From a virus (taxonomy: Duplodnaviria; Heunggongvirae; Uroviricota; Caudoviricetes): DNA of 51,177 nt. Below, piece after piece: positions 31,286 through 39,488 of the stretch; the stretch's first letter is position 1, and the number at the start of each line of letters is the position of its first letter. The position numbers were made by a program, and so were the translations under genes. Where the stretch lies: the IMG/VR virus record IMGVR_UViG_2579778634_000021; one strand, written 5' to 3'. The notes below the pieces were generated by a model that worked only from the letters and a program-made list of their open reading frames with translations, had not been told where the DNA came from and made no database searches.

Positions 31286-31369
31286 TTTCACAAAAATCGT
31301 ATGTAGAAGGCCGCAGCGTAACTATCACTGATGAATTCAGGACACCCAGAGGCTACGGCTCAGTTTGGA

Positions 31370-31441
31370 TTGTGGCGGCCGGAATCGAACCAGCTCCCAT
31401 CGGTGCGCTGCCGATTACAATACGCGCGGCGATCCGCTACA
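31370..31441 (-). other. tRNA-like element (degenerate; possible tRNA remnant)
   Basis: Canonical T arm (GCUGG-UUCGAUU-CCGGC), a 5-bp anticodon stem and a 6/7-bp acceptor stem. There is no recognisable D arm, the anticodon loop is atypical (cagcgca), and no CCA is encoded. Confidence 0.3.
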
Positions 31442-31760
31442 TGACTAGTATTTTCACAGTCGCCTGTCTGCTAGCTCGCCATTGAGCTTCACCACAACGA
31501 TAAGAGCACTGCGCACACCTTTCACCAATTCCACGAGGTCTGCGGGTTCAATGCTCTTACCTGTTGTGCAAACAAAAAGCCCCGACATTTCTGCCGAGGC
31601 CTTTACCTAATCTAGCCAGTATGCCGATCCTAAATATTATCGACGACCGAGGTAAATCAGGATTTCTCTTTCGCTTCTCAGTGCGCTTTTGCTCCGAGCA
31701 TACACAAAACATACTACTTTCATTTCTCGAAAGCAACGCATTTACAAAAAATATTTTGCA

Positions 31761-32387
31761 TCATCTAGCAATCACTAGAAGTTCTTTCTCCAATTCTCGC
31801 TTCATTGCATAAAACATTTCTGAATCAAGGACCCTCTCGCACCACACGACCCGCCTCCGGCAATACTGAATATCAACTCCTGTTATCTGAGAAATCATCC
31901 TGGCGATATCTTGCGTGCTGTCGCGATTGCAATATCGCCTAATAGCTACATCACGGACAGGGCTTTCACGATGAAAGGTCTCAACCATCACACGTTCAAC
32001 GAAAGCAGCATCATCGGATTCTTTGGCGAGAGCAATGATATTACCTGCCGATGACTGAGGGATGACCAGTTCTCGGGCTTTCTGATGGAGTTCATCTCCA
32101 CGTAGTCCGTCTTCTTCATACAGACGCATGACAACAGACTCAATCTGCTTAGCTTTGTCATCGCTCCACTGACTGCGAATCATCAGTCGCCCAATAACGT
32201 TAATTGCACCACAAGGAGAATCATCACCAGCGTTAACATTTCCCCATACCTGTAGCATGTAGTGAACCCATGCTTTCTGACGAGAGTTAATGATTTTCTT
32301 CGGATGCCTCCATATGCGGCGGAAATGAGCATCATTAATAAAGTTAACCATGCCGAATACTGGGGTTAGCCGCATCACAGCCCCCAT
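31761..32387 (-). CDS. putative late-gene regulator in the Q position (Q-like by position only)
   Basis: 208-aa ORF immediately upstream of the terminator-rich region and the late genes. I could not match it to lambda Q. Confidence 0.4.
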   Translation of the reverse strand: MGAVMRLTPVFGMVNFINDAHFRRIWRHPKKIINSRQKAWVHYMLQVWGNVNAGDDSPCGAINVIGRLMIRSQWSDDKAKQIESVVMRLYEEDGLRGDELHQKARELVIPQSSAGNIIALAKESDDAAFVERVMVETFHRESPVRDVAIRRYCNRDSTQDIARMISQITGVDIQYCRRRVVWCERVLDSEMFYAMKRELEKELLVIAR

Positions 32388-32518
32388 CCTTTACAATGAC
32401 ACCACACTTCAAACATTCGTTTCACAACTTCACGGCAGTAGAAACCGTCAGCATCACATGTCAGGTCATAGCGATCTCCGTGCTTCAGTCTCATATAGCA
32501 TTCGAATAATCTGTTCAT
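32375..32518 (-). CDS. small Cys-containing protein (paralog of 49447..49584)
   Basis: 47-aa ORF MNRLFECYMRLKHGDRYDLTCDADGFYCREVVKRMFEVWCHCKGWGL, about 65% identical to the small ORF near xis. Confidence 0.45.
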   Translation of the reverse strand: MNRLFECYMRLKHGDRYDLTCDADGFYCREVVKRMFEVWCHCKGWGL

Positions 32519-32609
32519 ATACTCTTCGCCATGAACTCCGCTATTACGCTGCTCATGCGCTTTTCCAGACGACCTGAATAAAGCCATGCGTTCAGGCACC
32601 TGCTGAATA

Positions 32610-32810
32610 TCACGCATCAGTAGCTTTCCCCTTATCCCATCCACGATGAACCATAAGGACACCGTTGACGACGGCGTGCCGTTTGCCTTCTTTATCACCG
32701 ACATATTTTCTGACCGTAGCACGATTACAGTTCAGTTTTCGTGAAACTTCAGTCATATTGCCTCGTGCCTGGATAAGCAATTCCGGTATTGTTTGAATTG
32801 TGGCGTTCAT
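32610..32810 (-). CDS. ninH: NinH
   Basis: 66 aa, close to lambda NinH (TIPELLIQARGNMTEVSRKLNCNRATVRKYV). Confidence 0.85.
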   Translation of the reverse strand: MNATIQTIPELLIQARGNMTEVSRKLNCNRATVRKYVGDKEGKRHAVVNGVLMVHRGWDKGKATDA

Positions 32811-33169
32811 ATGTTCTCCAGTTCGGTGATTTTTATCCCCACTCTACCGCCAGGCACTTTCACGCCGCGAATTACGCGAATGTCATCGAATTGCTCGTCG
32901 TCTTCCGCAAATCCGGCGTGGATAAGAGAGTCGAGTAAACCTTTCAGGATGTTATCGAGGTCGCGACGGCGGGAATCTGGTGGTTCAGCAATAATTGTGA
33001 TGCGAAGTCGTGATTTAGTGAAAATGTCTAATCTGAGTTGCCGGATGATTTGCTGTACGTCTTTTCGGTATTTCTGGCCTTTATCGCTGATGTAGTACTG
33101 GCTTCCCCGTCTTCGCCAGTAGGTATTCACCGTCGGCGGCCAGGGAAGCACAAACTCATATTCATTCAT
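32807..33169 (-). CDS. rusA: Holliday junction resolvase RusA
   Basis: 120 aa with the RusA signature LPWPP...DxDN. Confidence 0.9.
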   Translation of the reverse strand: MNEYEFVLPWPPTVNTYWRRRGSQYYISDKGQKYRKDVQQIIRQLRLDIFTKSRLRITIIAEPPDSRRRDLDNILKGLLDSLIHAGFAEDDEQFDDIRVIRGVKVPGGRVGIKITELENI

Positions 33170-33459
33170 GACTTAATCTTCCCCTCCTTCAGCAATATCG
33201 CCAGCGTCCTGATCACGCCTTCCAGGTGGTAAAGTCTGGCGTCGTTGTTGTCGAGAATGCGAGTACGGCGATCGATTTCATTATGGCAGTCACTACAGGC
33301 CCATGCAGCCAACAGATCATCTGGCTTTGTTCCCGTTCCGCAAATTCCAGCCATTCGGTAATGCGCCAGAACTGTAGTTTCAGGGTTGCCATTGCATACG
33401 CCATAAATCCGTACCTGGCATTCTCTGCCGCGCGCTTCTTTGCGTAGGTTTGTCATCAT
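33166..33459 (-). CDS. YbcO-like phage protein (putative zinc-binding nuclease family)
   Basis: Matches my recollection of DLP12 YbcO (RKEARGRECQVRIYGVCNGNPETTVLAHYR...CSDCHNEIDRR). Start chosen at the internal Met. Confidence 0.7.
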   Translation of the reverse strand: MMTNLRKEARGRECQVRIYGVCNGNPETTVLAHYRMAGICGTGTKPDDLLAAWACSDCHNEIDRRTRILDNNDARLYHLEGVIRTLAILLKEGKIKS

Positions 33460-33479
33460 CTTATTCCTCATGCAGTAGG

Positions 33480-33671
33480 CTATCCGGAGTGACAATTAAA
33501 TCTTGCTCGACGCCTTAGCCACCGGATATCCCACAGGTGAGCCGTATAGTTGAAGGTTTTAACATCAGATTCTTTGGGGACTGGCCTGGGTTTATTTCGG
33601 GAGCGTTTGGTTGGAAGGTAATTGCAGTTTTCACAGACGATATCGGTGATGCTTCGTCGCTGTCGTCTCAT
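33480..33671 (-). CDS. ninE: NinE (copy 1)
   Basis: 63 aa, [30 protein letters not shown]..., near-identical to lambda NinE. Confidence 0.85.
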   Translation of the reverse strand: MRRQRRSITDIVCENCNYLPTKRSRNKPRPVPKESDVKTFNYTAHLWDIRWLRRRARFNCHSG

Positions 33672-34078
33672 TCGTACCTCCTGTCGGTAAATCTGACACC
33701 CTGATCCACGGCCCAGGATGTTGTGTACTCAATCAGGCTTGCCATACGCTTCACGCTCATTTGCGCACTGCTTTCGCGGATATTGACGTATTCACCTTCA
33801 AGACCTGGCAAAACATCAGCTTCCTGTTTTGTCGCCACGGCATGACCGCTGATTAACAAAACTTTCCACTGTTCTGGTTTTAGCCACCTGCCGCACCACT
33901 TAACCTGGCGGGATATATCAGCGACCATCGCGTGAAATTTTGCATTTTGAGCGAGATTACGCTTGTAATCGGTGATACGGATCGTAACGGGTTTGTCTTT
34001 ATCGAGAGTTGTTGCAAGGATGGCGTTAATGGCGAATTGTTGCTGCTGCTTACTTCGGAGGAAGATAGTCTGGTTCAT
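33668..34078 (-). CDS. ninB: NinB recombination protein (copy 1)
   Basis: 136 aa, NinB/Orf family. Confidence 0.8.
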   Translation of the reverse strand: MNQTIFLRSKQQQQFAINAILATTLDKDKPVTIRITDYKRNLAQNAKFHAMVADISRQVKWCGRWLKPEQWKVLLISGHAVATKQEADVLPGLEGEYVNIRESSAQMSVKRMASLIEYTTSWAVDQGVRFTDRRYE

Positions 34079-34132
34079 TATTCCCTCTCACTGGATTTTC
34101 CCAACAAAAAAGGAGCCGAAGCTCCTTTAGTT

Positions 34133-34834
34133 TCAGAATTCAAATTGTCTTGCCCGCAGGCTTTTCAGCATTGGCATGGCCCACTGGATAACGGAACTTG
34201 ACATGTCGAGACGTGTTACCTCCCTTAGTAGCGCGTCTCTGTTCTTCGTCACCATGTAGATAGTCTCAAACGCAATGTCATACAGCTTGTTCGTGTATGA
34301 GGAGTTCAGCTCTTTCATTATGGGGTACAGCTGCTTGCTAAGGTCCTGGGCTTTTTCCATCCAGAGTTGCATGTAGCAAAGGAGGATGATTTCCTCGGCT
34401 GTGAATTGTGGCTGAATCTGCGGCTGCTGTTCGGTTGGTGCTGTTTTTCCCTGGCTGAAATAGCAGTCTTCCAGTTTTTCGAACACTTCCCACGCCTGAT
34501 CGGTTTCGAGCATTTTTGCGTGACGGGCTGCGCCGCGTTCTGTCCAGAGGATGAGGGAGCGAACATTGCGGGCGATTTTCACAGAGTAACTTTCTGTTAC
34601 CTCGCGGCTAACAGACTCGCTTAAAGATAGTCTGTGCTTGAACTCACGTAGTTCATTCCCTTCCAACTTAAAGAAATGTTTTCCCTGTACAAATCGCGCA
34701 GAGTTACGGGAAAAATTCATTTTTATATTGACTGTTTCAGTGCCATACAATTGCGCCAATAATTCTGTAGTAATTACGGGGATCTGGTTGTAGGCAATTG
34801 GGGAAAGAGTTTCAACGGAAATTTGAGTCGCCAT
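34133..34834 (-). CDS. ORF6N-domain protein (antirepressor-like, putative DNA-binding)
   Basis: 233 aa. The N-terminal block VITTELLAQLYGTETVNIKMNFSRNSARFVQGKHFFKLEG fits the ORF6N pattern. Inserted between the two ninB-ninE copies. Confidence 0.6.
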   Translation of the reverse strand: MATQISVETLSPIAYNQIPVITTELLAQLYGTETVNIKMNFSRNSARFVQGKHFFKLEGNELREFKHRLSLSESVSREVTESYSVKIARNVRSLILWTERGAARHAKMLETDQAWEVFEKLEDCYFSQGKTAPTEQQPQIQPQFTAEEIILLCYMQLWMEKAQDLSKQLYPIMKELNSSYTNKLYDIAFETIYMVTKNRDALLREVTRLDMSSSVIQWAMPMLKSLRARQFEF

Positions 34835-35112
34835 GACAACGCCCTCTGGTTGATGAATTTAACTATCACCACCGTCAGGTGCAAATCTTTGGGTGGTGAG
34901 ACGTACAGGGTTTGCACTACCGGATCAACCAACCGGCGAGCCTTTCGGCTCCCCCATACGCCCCACCATAATTCAGATGTGCGTGTGCTTACGACAACAA
35001 AAAACACGCTCGCGGCGTGTGTCTGTCGCGGTTGAATATCCGGGGTGCAAATCCCGACGCCAGATTTTGCTGGCGCGTGAGGAATATAGCCCCGAATAAA
35101 TCATCACGTCAA

Positions 35113-35295
35113 TCACCTTGTTTTCCTCGCACGATGTCTTAGCCACCGGATATCCCACAGGTGAGCCGTGTAATTGAAGGTTTTAACGTCAGATTCTTTT
35201 GGGATTGGCCTGGGTTTATTTCTGGAGCGTTTCGTTGGAAGGTATTTGCAGTTTTCGCAGATGATGTCGGTGATACTTCGTCGCTGTCGCCTCAT
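35113..35295 (-). CDS. ninE: NinE (copy 2)
   Basis: 60 aa, [64 protein letters not shown] overlap with the upstream methylase stop. Confidence 0.85.
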   Translation of the reverse strand: MRRQRRSITDIICENCKYLPTKRSRNKPRPIPKESDVKTFNYTAHLWDIRWLRHRARKTR

Positions 35296-35819
35296 GCCGC
35301 CCTCCTGACGCCCTGCCCGATCGCCATCAATGCCGCTTTGGATACGGTAGTAAACATCCGTCGAGGACTGATGAACGGTCGCCAAATCAGCAGCATGGAA
35401 CCTTTGCTGTTTCCCTTCTTCTCCAGCCCTGTCGATGGTTCGATAAAATTAATCCGTCCATCAGTGATGATGCGAACTTCGTCAACACTCTCCAGAGCCT
35501 TACTGAACCATCCGACAGACATATCCTCTGGCACAAGCATCACTACCGTCTGTCGTTGTTGTATGCACTGCTCAGCGGCTTTTTCCACCCACGGCCTGAT
35601 ATTGCTGTACGGTGGGTTATTCCAGATTGCACCGTGGCTTACCCACTCAGAATTGAGCGCGTCGTCGGCCTCAGTTAGCCAGTGAGCACACAGAGCATTT
35701 TTGTCGCTCGCTGCCGAATCCAGCCAGAATCCAAACTCAATATCCAGTGCATCAAAAAGCCAAAGCGGCGTTTGCCAGCAGTCCTTGTCGTGTGCTGGCG
35801 TATTTGATTTGATAGTCAT
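35292..35819 (-). CDS. phage DNA N6-adenine methyltransferase (Dam type)
   Basis: 175 aa with the NPPY catalytic motif (IWNNPPYSN) and an N-terminal CWQTP motif. ATGA-coupled to ninB copy 2. Confidence 0.8.
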   Translation of the reverse strand: MTIKSNTPAHDKDCWQTPLWLFDALDIEFGFWLDSAASDKNALCAHWLTEADDALNSEWVSHGAIWNNPPYSNIRPWVEKAAEQCIQQRQTVVMLVPEDMSVGWFSKALESVDEVRIITDGRINFIEPSTGLEKKGNSKGSMLLIWRPFISPRRMFTTVSKAALMAIGQGVRRAA

Positions 35820-36262
35820 GCAGCCTTCCCTTTTCGTTGTGACCATTCATACTCTCGCCAGGAGTCATCACTCCACCGCACGTTGCGCTCTGAGCCGAAC
35901 CAGAACATGATTTCGATAAGCTCAGTCATGTTGGCCTTTCGCATTTTGCTGGTACGCACACCAAGCATGACAACGCCACCGTCGATACCAGGCACACTTC
36001 GTTGCTCCAGTTTTTTGGTCTTAAGCCACAGGGCAGTGAACAGGTCTTTCCAGTCTTCCGGCGCCAGCCGTTGACCATGCCATAGCACCTGACGCGAAAC
36101 ATCGTTCAGCATCGGCCACATACGGTCATTCTGCGCTTTGCTGCGCTTGGGTTCTTTAACGTGGACTTCGTGGGGTGACTTGTCGTCGATGGGTAGTGAG
36201 AGAATGGCGTCTATGGCGTTATTTCTGATTGCTTCGTTGCGAAGCAGAAAGGTTTGCTTCAT
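35816..36262 (-). CDS. ninB: NinB recombination protein (copy 2)
   Basis: Start taken at MKQTFLLRNEAIRNNAIDAIL. Paralog of 33668..34078. Confidence 0.8.
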   Translation of the reverse strand: MKQTFLLRNEAIRNNAIDAILSLPIDDKSPHEVHVKEPKRSKAQNDRMWPMLNDVSRQVLWHGQRLAPEDWKDLFTALWLKTKKLEQRSVPGIDGGVVMLGVRTSKMRKANMTELIEIMFWFGSERNVRWSDDSWREYEWSQRKGKAA

Positions 36263-36461
36263 CTCCTGCTCTCCGGTTCCATTTTTCAGCCGCCGCAGCA
36301 ACTGATGGTGCCCATGCCCCCCTGGCTTCACAGAGGTCACATTCTGCATAGCCCCACACATCAATATTTATTCCGGCCTCAACCCACAGACGAGCATTAC
36401 CGCCGCAAAACGGACATTCTTTTAGCTTTGGCTGGGTTAATGATAGGTCGCTCATGCTCAC
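36219..36461 (-). CDS. Lar-family restriction alleviation protein (zinc ribbon)
   Basis: 80 aa with CPFCGG ... CDLC ... WNRRA, the pattern of the Lar family. Its 3' end overlaps the ninB copy 2 start. Confidence 0.55.
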   Translation of the reverse strand: MSMSDLSLTQPKLKECPFCGGNARLWVEAGINIDVWGYAECDLCEARGAWAPSVAAAAEKWNRRAGDEANLSASQRSNQK

Positions 36462-36465
36462 TCCT

Positions 36466-36681
36466 TCACTTTAAATCCAGACTCCGGATAATTCTGTTGC
36501 GCTGAAACTCATTGTTGAGTTTGAACAACCGTCGAAGAACACGGTCACGCGGATAGCGTCGTGCGGCAGGTGAATGCTCATACAACTCATCAAGCGGCAA
36601 ACTGGACGATGAACGATACCGATACCAACGCACCAACTCTTCACGAAAATTAGCCCTGACAAGCTCAGCTATCGTACTCAT
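36466..36681 (-). CDS. hypothetical protein
   Basis: 71-aa basic ORF between ren and the Lar-like gene. Confidence 0.4.
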   Translation of the reverse strand: MSTIAELVRANFREELVRWYRYRSSSSLPLDELYEHSPAARRYPRDRVLRRLFKLNNEFQRNRIIRSLDLK

Positions 36682-36766
36682 TTCTTAAAGCCTCCAATTA
36701 CTCTTCCCCAAATAAAAAGGCCTGCGATTACCAGCAGGCCTGTTACAAGCTCAGTGATGTAGATGG

Positions 36767-37057
36767 TCATCTTTTAACTCCATATACCGCCAATACCCGT
36801 TTCATCACTGCACTCTGGCGACACTCCTTAAAAATCAGGTTCGTGCTCACCTTTCCTTCCCGTTCTTCCCTGGTAGCAAACCGGTAATACACCGTTCGCC
36901 AGACCTTACCATCAATGACAAGGATTCCTGCCCGCGCCATTTTAGCCGCAGCCTGATTTATACTGGTTACGGTTGCGCCTGTTACCGCGGAAACGTCCTG
37001 TGCACAGAAGTTCTTATGCGCCCCGAGGTAATGAATAATTGCCTCTTTGCCCGTCAT
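36767..37057 (-). CDS. ren: Ren (Rex-exclusion escape protein)
   Basis: 96 aa, near-identical to lambda Ren (MTGKEAIIHYLG...VLAVYGVKR). Confidence 0.9.
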   Translation of the reverse strand: MTGKEAIIHYLGAHKNFCAQDVSAVTGATVTSINQAAAKMARAGILVIDGKVWRTVYYRFATREEREGKVSTNLIFKECRQSAVMKRVLAVYGVKR

Positions 37058-37755
37058 ATACTTGCTCCTTTCAGTCCGAACTTAGCTTTAATTTCTGCGA
37101 TCTTCGCCAGAGCCTGTGCTCGATTTAGAGGTCTGCCGCCCATGACAGGAAGTTGTTTTACTGGTTCAGGTATCGTCTCACCACGGTTAATTCTCGCAGT
37201 CATATGGACAAGCTCATCTGCGGCCTTACGGCGTAATTCCGCATCAGTAAGCGCATTGGCCCGCATGTTCTGATACAGGTTGGTAACCAGCCAGTAGTGC
37301 GCGTTTGATTTCCACGGATAAGACTCTGCATCCGGATACAGGCCTCGCTTCCGGCAATACTCGTAAACCATATCAACCAGCTCGCTGACGTTTGGCAGTC
37401 CGGCGATAACGGATGCTTCTTCCCGGCACCATGCAACAAACTGCCCGGGTGATGGAAGAAATGGTCGATTCTGCCGACGGGCTACGCGCATTCCTGCGTT
37501 AACCTGTTCCATCGAGGTGATCCCGTTTTCCCGGAAAGCCAGAACCCACTGGCGGCGGATTTCATTCAGTTCGTTCTGGTCCCGGTTAGCCAGACTCGCC
37601 GGGAAAGTTGCCAGTAACTGGCTGAACACACCGTTGATGATCTGCGCTACCTGTTGTACCTGCGGCTTTTCGTCGTACTGTTCCGGCATGTTGTTGGCGA
37701 TCCGACGCATCTGCTCACGGTCAAAGTTAACCATCTGTGCGGCGATGTTTTTCAT
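37054..37755 (-). CDS. P: replication protein P (DnaB helicase loader)
   Basis: 233 aa, near-identical to lambda P. Confidence 0.95.
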   Translation of the reverse strand: MKNIAAQMVNFDREQMRRIANNMPEQYDEKPQVQQVAQIINGVFSQLLATFPASLANRDQNELNEIRRQWVLAFRENGITSMEQVNAGMRVARRQNRPFLPSPGQFVAWCREEASVIAGLPNVSELVDMVYEYCRKRGLYPDAESYPWKSNAHYWLVTNLYQNMRANALTDAELRRKAADELVHMTARINRGETIPEPVKQLPVMGGRPLNRAQALAKIAEIKAKFGLKGASI

Positions 37756-38690
37756 AAATCCACCCCGTAAATCCAGTCAGTGTTTGTCAGGTCGAGTTTT
37801 GGTTTGCTGGCTGTCACGCCTGCCTGTTGCTTGTTACGGTTGATTTCGAGCTGGGTCCACTTGTCGCGGAGTTTGGCCGGACTTAGCACGTTACCGGACC
37901 AGAAGTTGTCCTGGCATGCCCAGCGGAACAGCACGCACATGTCGCGGTGGTTACGTCCGTCACGTTCACGCATCAGGCGGATATCGTTAGCCCACCCTGC
38001 AAAATTCGGTTTTCTGGCTGATGGTGCGATGGTCTTCACCATGTCAAACATCCACTCTGCGGCGGTCAGGTCTTCTGCTGTTCCCCACTTGCTGCCGCTC
38101 TGAATTGCAGCATCCGGTTTAACCACAGAAAGATCGTTTTCTGGCTGGTCAGAGGATTCGCCAGAATTCTCGGACGAATAATCTTTTCTTTTTTCTTTTG
38201 TAATAGTGTCTTTTGTGTCCCCCTGTTTTGAGGGATAGCAATCCCCTAATTTGAGGGATGTTTTATCCCTCGTTTTAGGGGGGGTTCCCTCGTTTTGAGG
38301 GATGTCCCTCATTTTAGGGGAACCTCCCTCGTTTTGAGGGATGCACCATTCTGAGATGTTTTTATTTGGTCCAAACATGCCGCCTTGCTGCTTGATAATA
38401 TTCATTCTGACGAGTTCTAACTTGGCTTCATTGCACCGTTTGACAGGTAACTTTGTAATCTCGCTAAGTTGAGAATCGGTGATTCTGTCCATTGGTTTAT
38501 TCCACCCATAGGTTTTACGCAGAATGGCAAGCAGCACTTTAAACTGTCGCTTGGTCAGATCTGCGCCTGAATAAGCCTCAATCAGCATATTTGATAGTCT
38601 GGCGTAACCATCATCGAGATCTGCCACATTACGCTCCTGTCCGGCAAAGTTACTTCTGCCGAAGTTGAGTATTTTTGCTGTATTTGTCAT
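37752..38690 (-). CDS. O: replication initiator O
   Basis: 312 aa with a lambda O-like N-terminus. The origin iterons lie inside the gene. Confidence 0.9.
   Translation of the reverse strand: MTNTAKILNFGRSNFAGQERNVADLDDGYARLSNMLIEAYSGADLTKRQFKVLLAILRKTYGWNKPMDRITDSQLSEITKLPVKRCNEAKLELVRMNIIKQQGGMFGPNKNISEWCIPQNEGGSPKMRDIPQNEGTPPKTRDKTSLKLGDCYPSKQGDTKDTITKEKRKDYSSENSGESSDQPENDLSVVKPDAAIQSGSKWGTAEDLTAAEWMFDMVKTIAPSARKPNFAGWANDIRLMRERDGRNHRDMCVLFRWACQDNFWSGNVLSPAKLRDKWTQLEINRNKQQAGVTASKPKLDLTNTDWIYGVDL
38160..38345. repeat. replication origin: five to six iterons (ccctcgttttgagggat-like) plus an adjacent AT-rich region
   Basis: Iterons at 38218..38340, followed by the AT-rich run ttttcttttttcttttgtaatag. 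Confidence 0.85.
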
Positions 38691-38722
38691 AATGACTCCT
38701 GTTGATAGATCCAGTAATGACC

Positions 38723-39022
38723 TCAGAATTCCATCTGGATTTGTTCAGAACGCTCGGTCTTGCACACCGGGCGTTTTTTATTGGTGAGTTCATCAAGCGC
38801 ATACTTAAAAGCCCTGCTAATCGGACTGATGTCTGATGCCATTCCGAAAGCACACAAGACCGAAGCAATAAATCTCCAGTCCGTTCTGCTTATCTTCGAT
38901 TCATGACAGCCAATCATCTTTGCCAGACCGCGCTGGGTAAGCGTTGACAGGTTGATAAGTAAATCTGTTTCTGCGCGATCAACGTCGCGCTGTGATAGTT
39001 TGCTGTAACTTGTTTGTTCCAT
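38723..39022 (-). CDS. cII: transcriptional activator cII
   Basis: 99 aa. The C-terminus TNKKRPVCKTERSEQIQMEF matches lambda cII. Confidence 0.85.
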   Translation of the reverse strand: MEQTSYSKLSQRDVDRAETDLLINLSTLTQRGLAKMIGCHESKISRTDWRFIASVLCAFGMASDISPISRAFKYALDELTNKKRPVCKTERSEQIQMEF

Positions 39023-39125
39023 TTCTTAAGATTTCCAATAGTGAATAGTTAGTTGAAAGGTATGCGTGGAAACGCATATGGCCTTAGTTGGTCAGATATC
39101 TTGGGACTCGCTTTTCAGCGACGTA

Positions 39126-39153
39126 GGACGAATGTCCGTTGTTACAAAGAGCG
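39126..39153 (-). promoter_or_regulatory. nutR-like site (boxA cgctctttgtaacaa plus a boxB-like hairpin)
   Basis: The minus strand reads CGCTCTTTGTAACAA followed by ggacattcgtcc, between cro and cII. Confidence 0.5.
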
Positions 39154-39161
39154 GGTACTGC

Positions 39162-39380
39162 TTAGGCGGCTTTGTTACTGGATGGAGGGAAAACATCATC
39201 CAAAGAACATTGGCACCCTAACTTCCTGAGGCCTTCTACGATCTTTCGGCAATCGTTAAGTCTAGGAGTACGGATATTCAGCTCATAGTTGGCGATGCGG
39301 GATTGCCCCCAACCAATTGCCGAAGCCAGTACAGCTTGCGAAACTCCGATTTTTTTTCGCTGCTGGGCAATTTTGTTCAT
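39162..39380 (-). CDS. cro: Cro-like repressor (XRE-type helix-turn-helix)
   Basis: 72 aa from MNKIAQQRKKIGVSQAVLASAIGWGQSRIANYE. Divergent from cI. Confidence 0.75.
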   Translation of the reverse strand: MNKIAQQRKKIGVSQAVLASAIGWGQSRIANYELNIRTPRLNDCRKIVEGLRKLGCQCSLDDVFPPSSNKAA

Positions 39381-39488
39381 TGCGGTCTCCCTAGTATTAA
39401 TCACACACCCATTACACACAATTTGTGATTAACAGTCAACCTCAATTCGTGTACAGAGTTCAATCACGTTGCGTGTTACATTTAAAGG
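39381..39488. promoter_or_regulatory. OR region with the divergent pR and pRM promoters
   Basis: Intergenic region with AATCACA / TGTGATT half-site-like repeats. Confidence 0.6.

Noticed and set aside
30545-31290. Possible CRISPR array suggested by the recurring GC hairpins
   Set aside because: Only two or three copies, spaced 250 to 480 bp apart, with long conserved blocks between them and no short regular repeat-spacer periodicity or cas genes.
30595-31291. 65-aa and 97-aa minus-strand ORFs inside the repeat units
   Set aside because: They run through the terminator hairpins and their similarity to each other is explained by the DNA repeat. They are treated as part of the repeat finding, not as genes.
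31370-31441. A canonical functional tRNA gene
   Set aside because: The D arm is missing, the anticodon loop lacks U33 and a purine at 37, and CCA is not encoded. It is retained only as a tRNA-like remnant in the findings.
30340-31760. Shiga toxin genes (stxA/stxB) between the Q-like gene and nanS
   Set aside because: No ORFs of suitable size or sequence are present; the interval is occupied by repeats and hairpins.
31761-32387. A confident Q antiterminator assignment
   Set aside because: It is in the correct position and of the correct size, but I could not recognise a lambda Q-type zinc finger or a match to any specific Q family. It is kept as a position-based call with low confidence.
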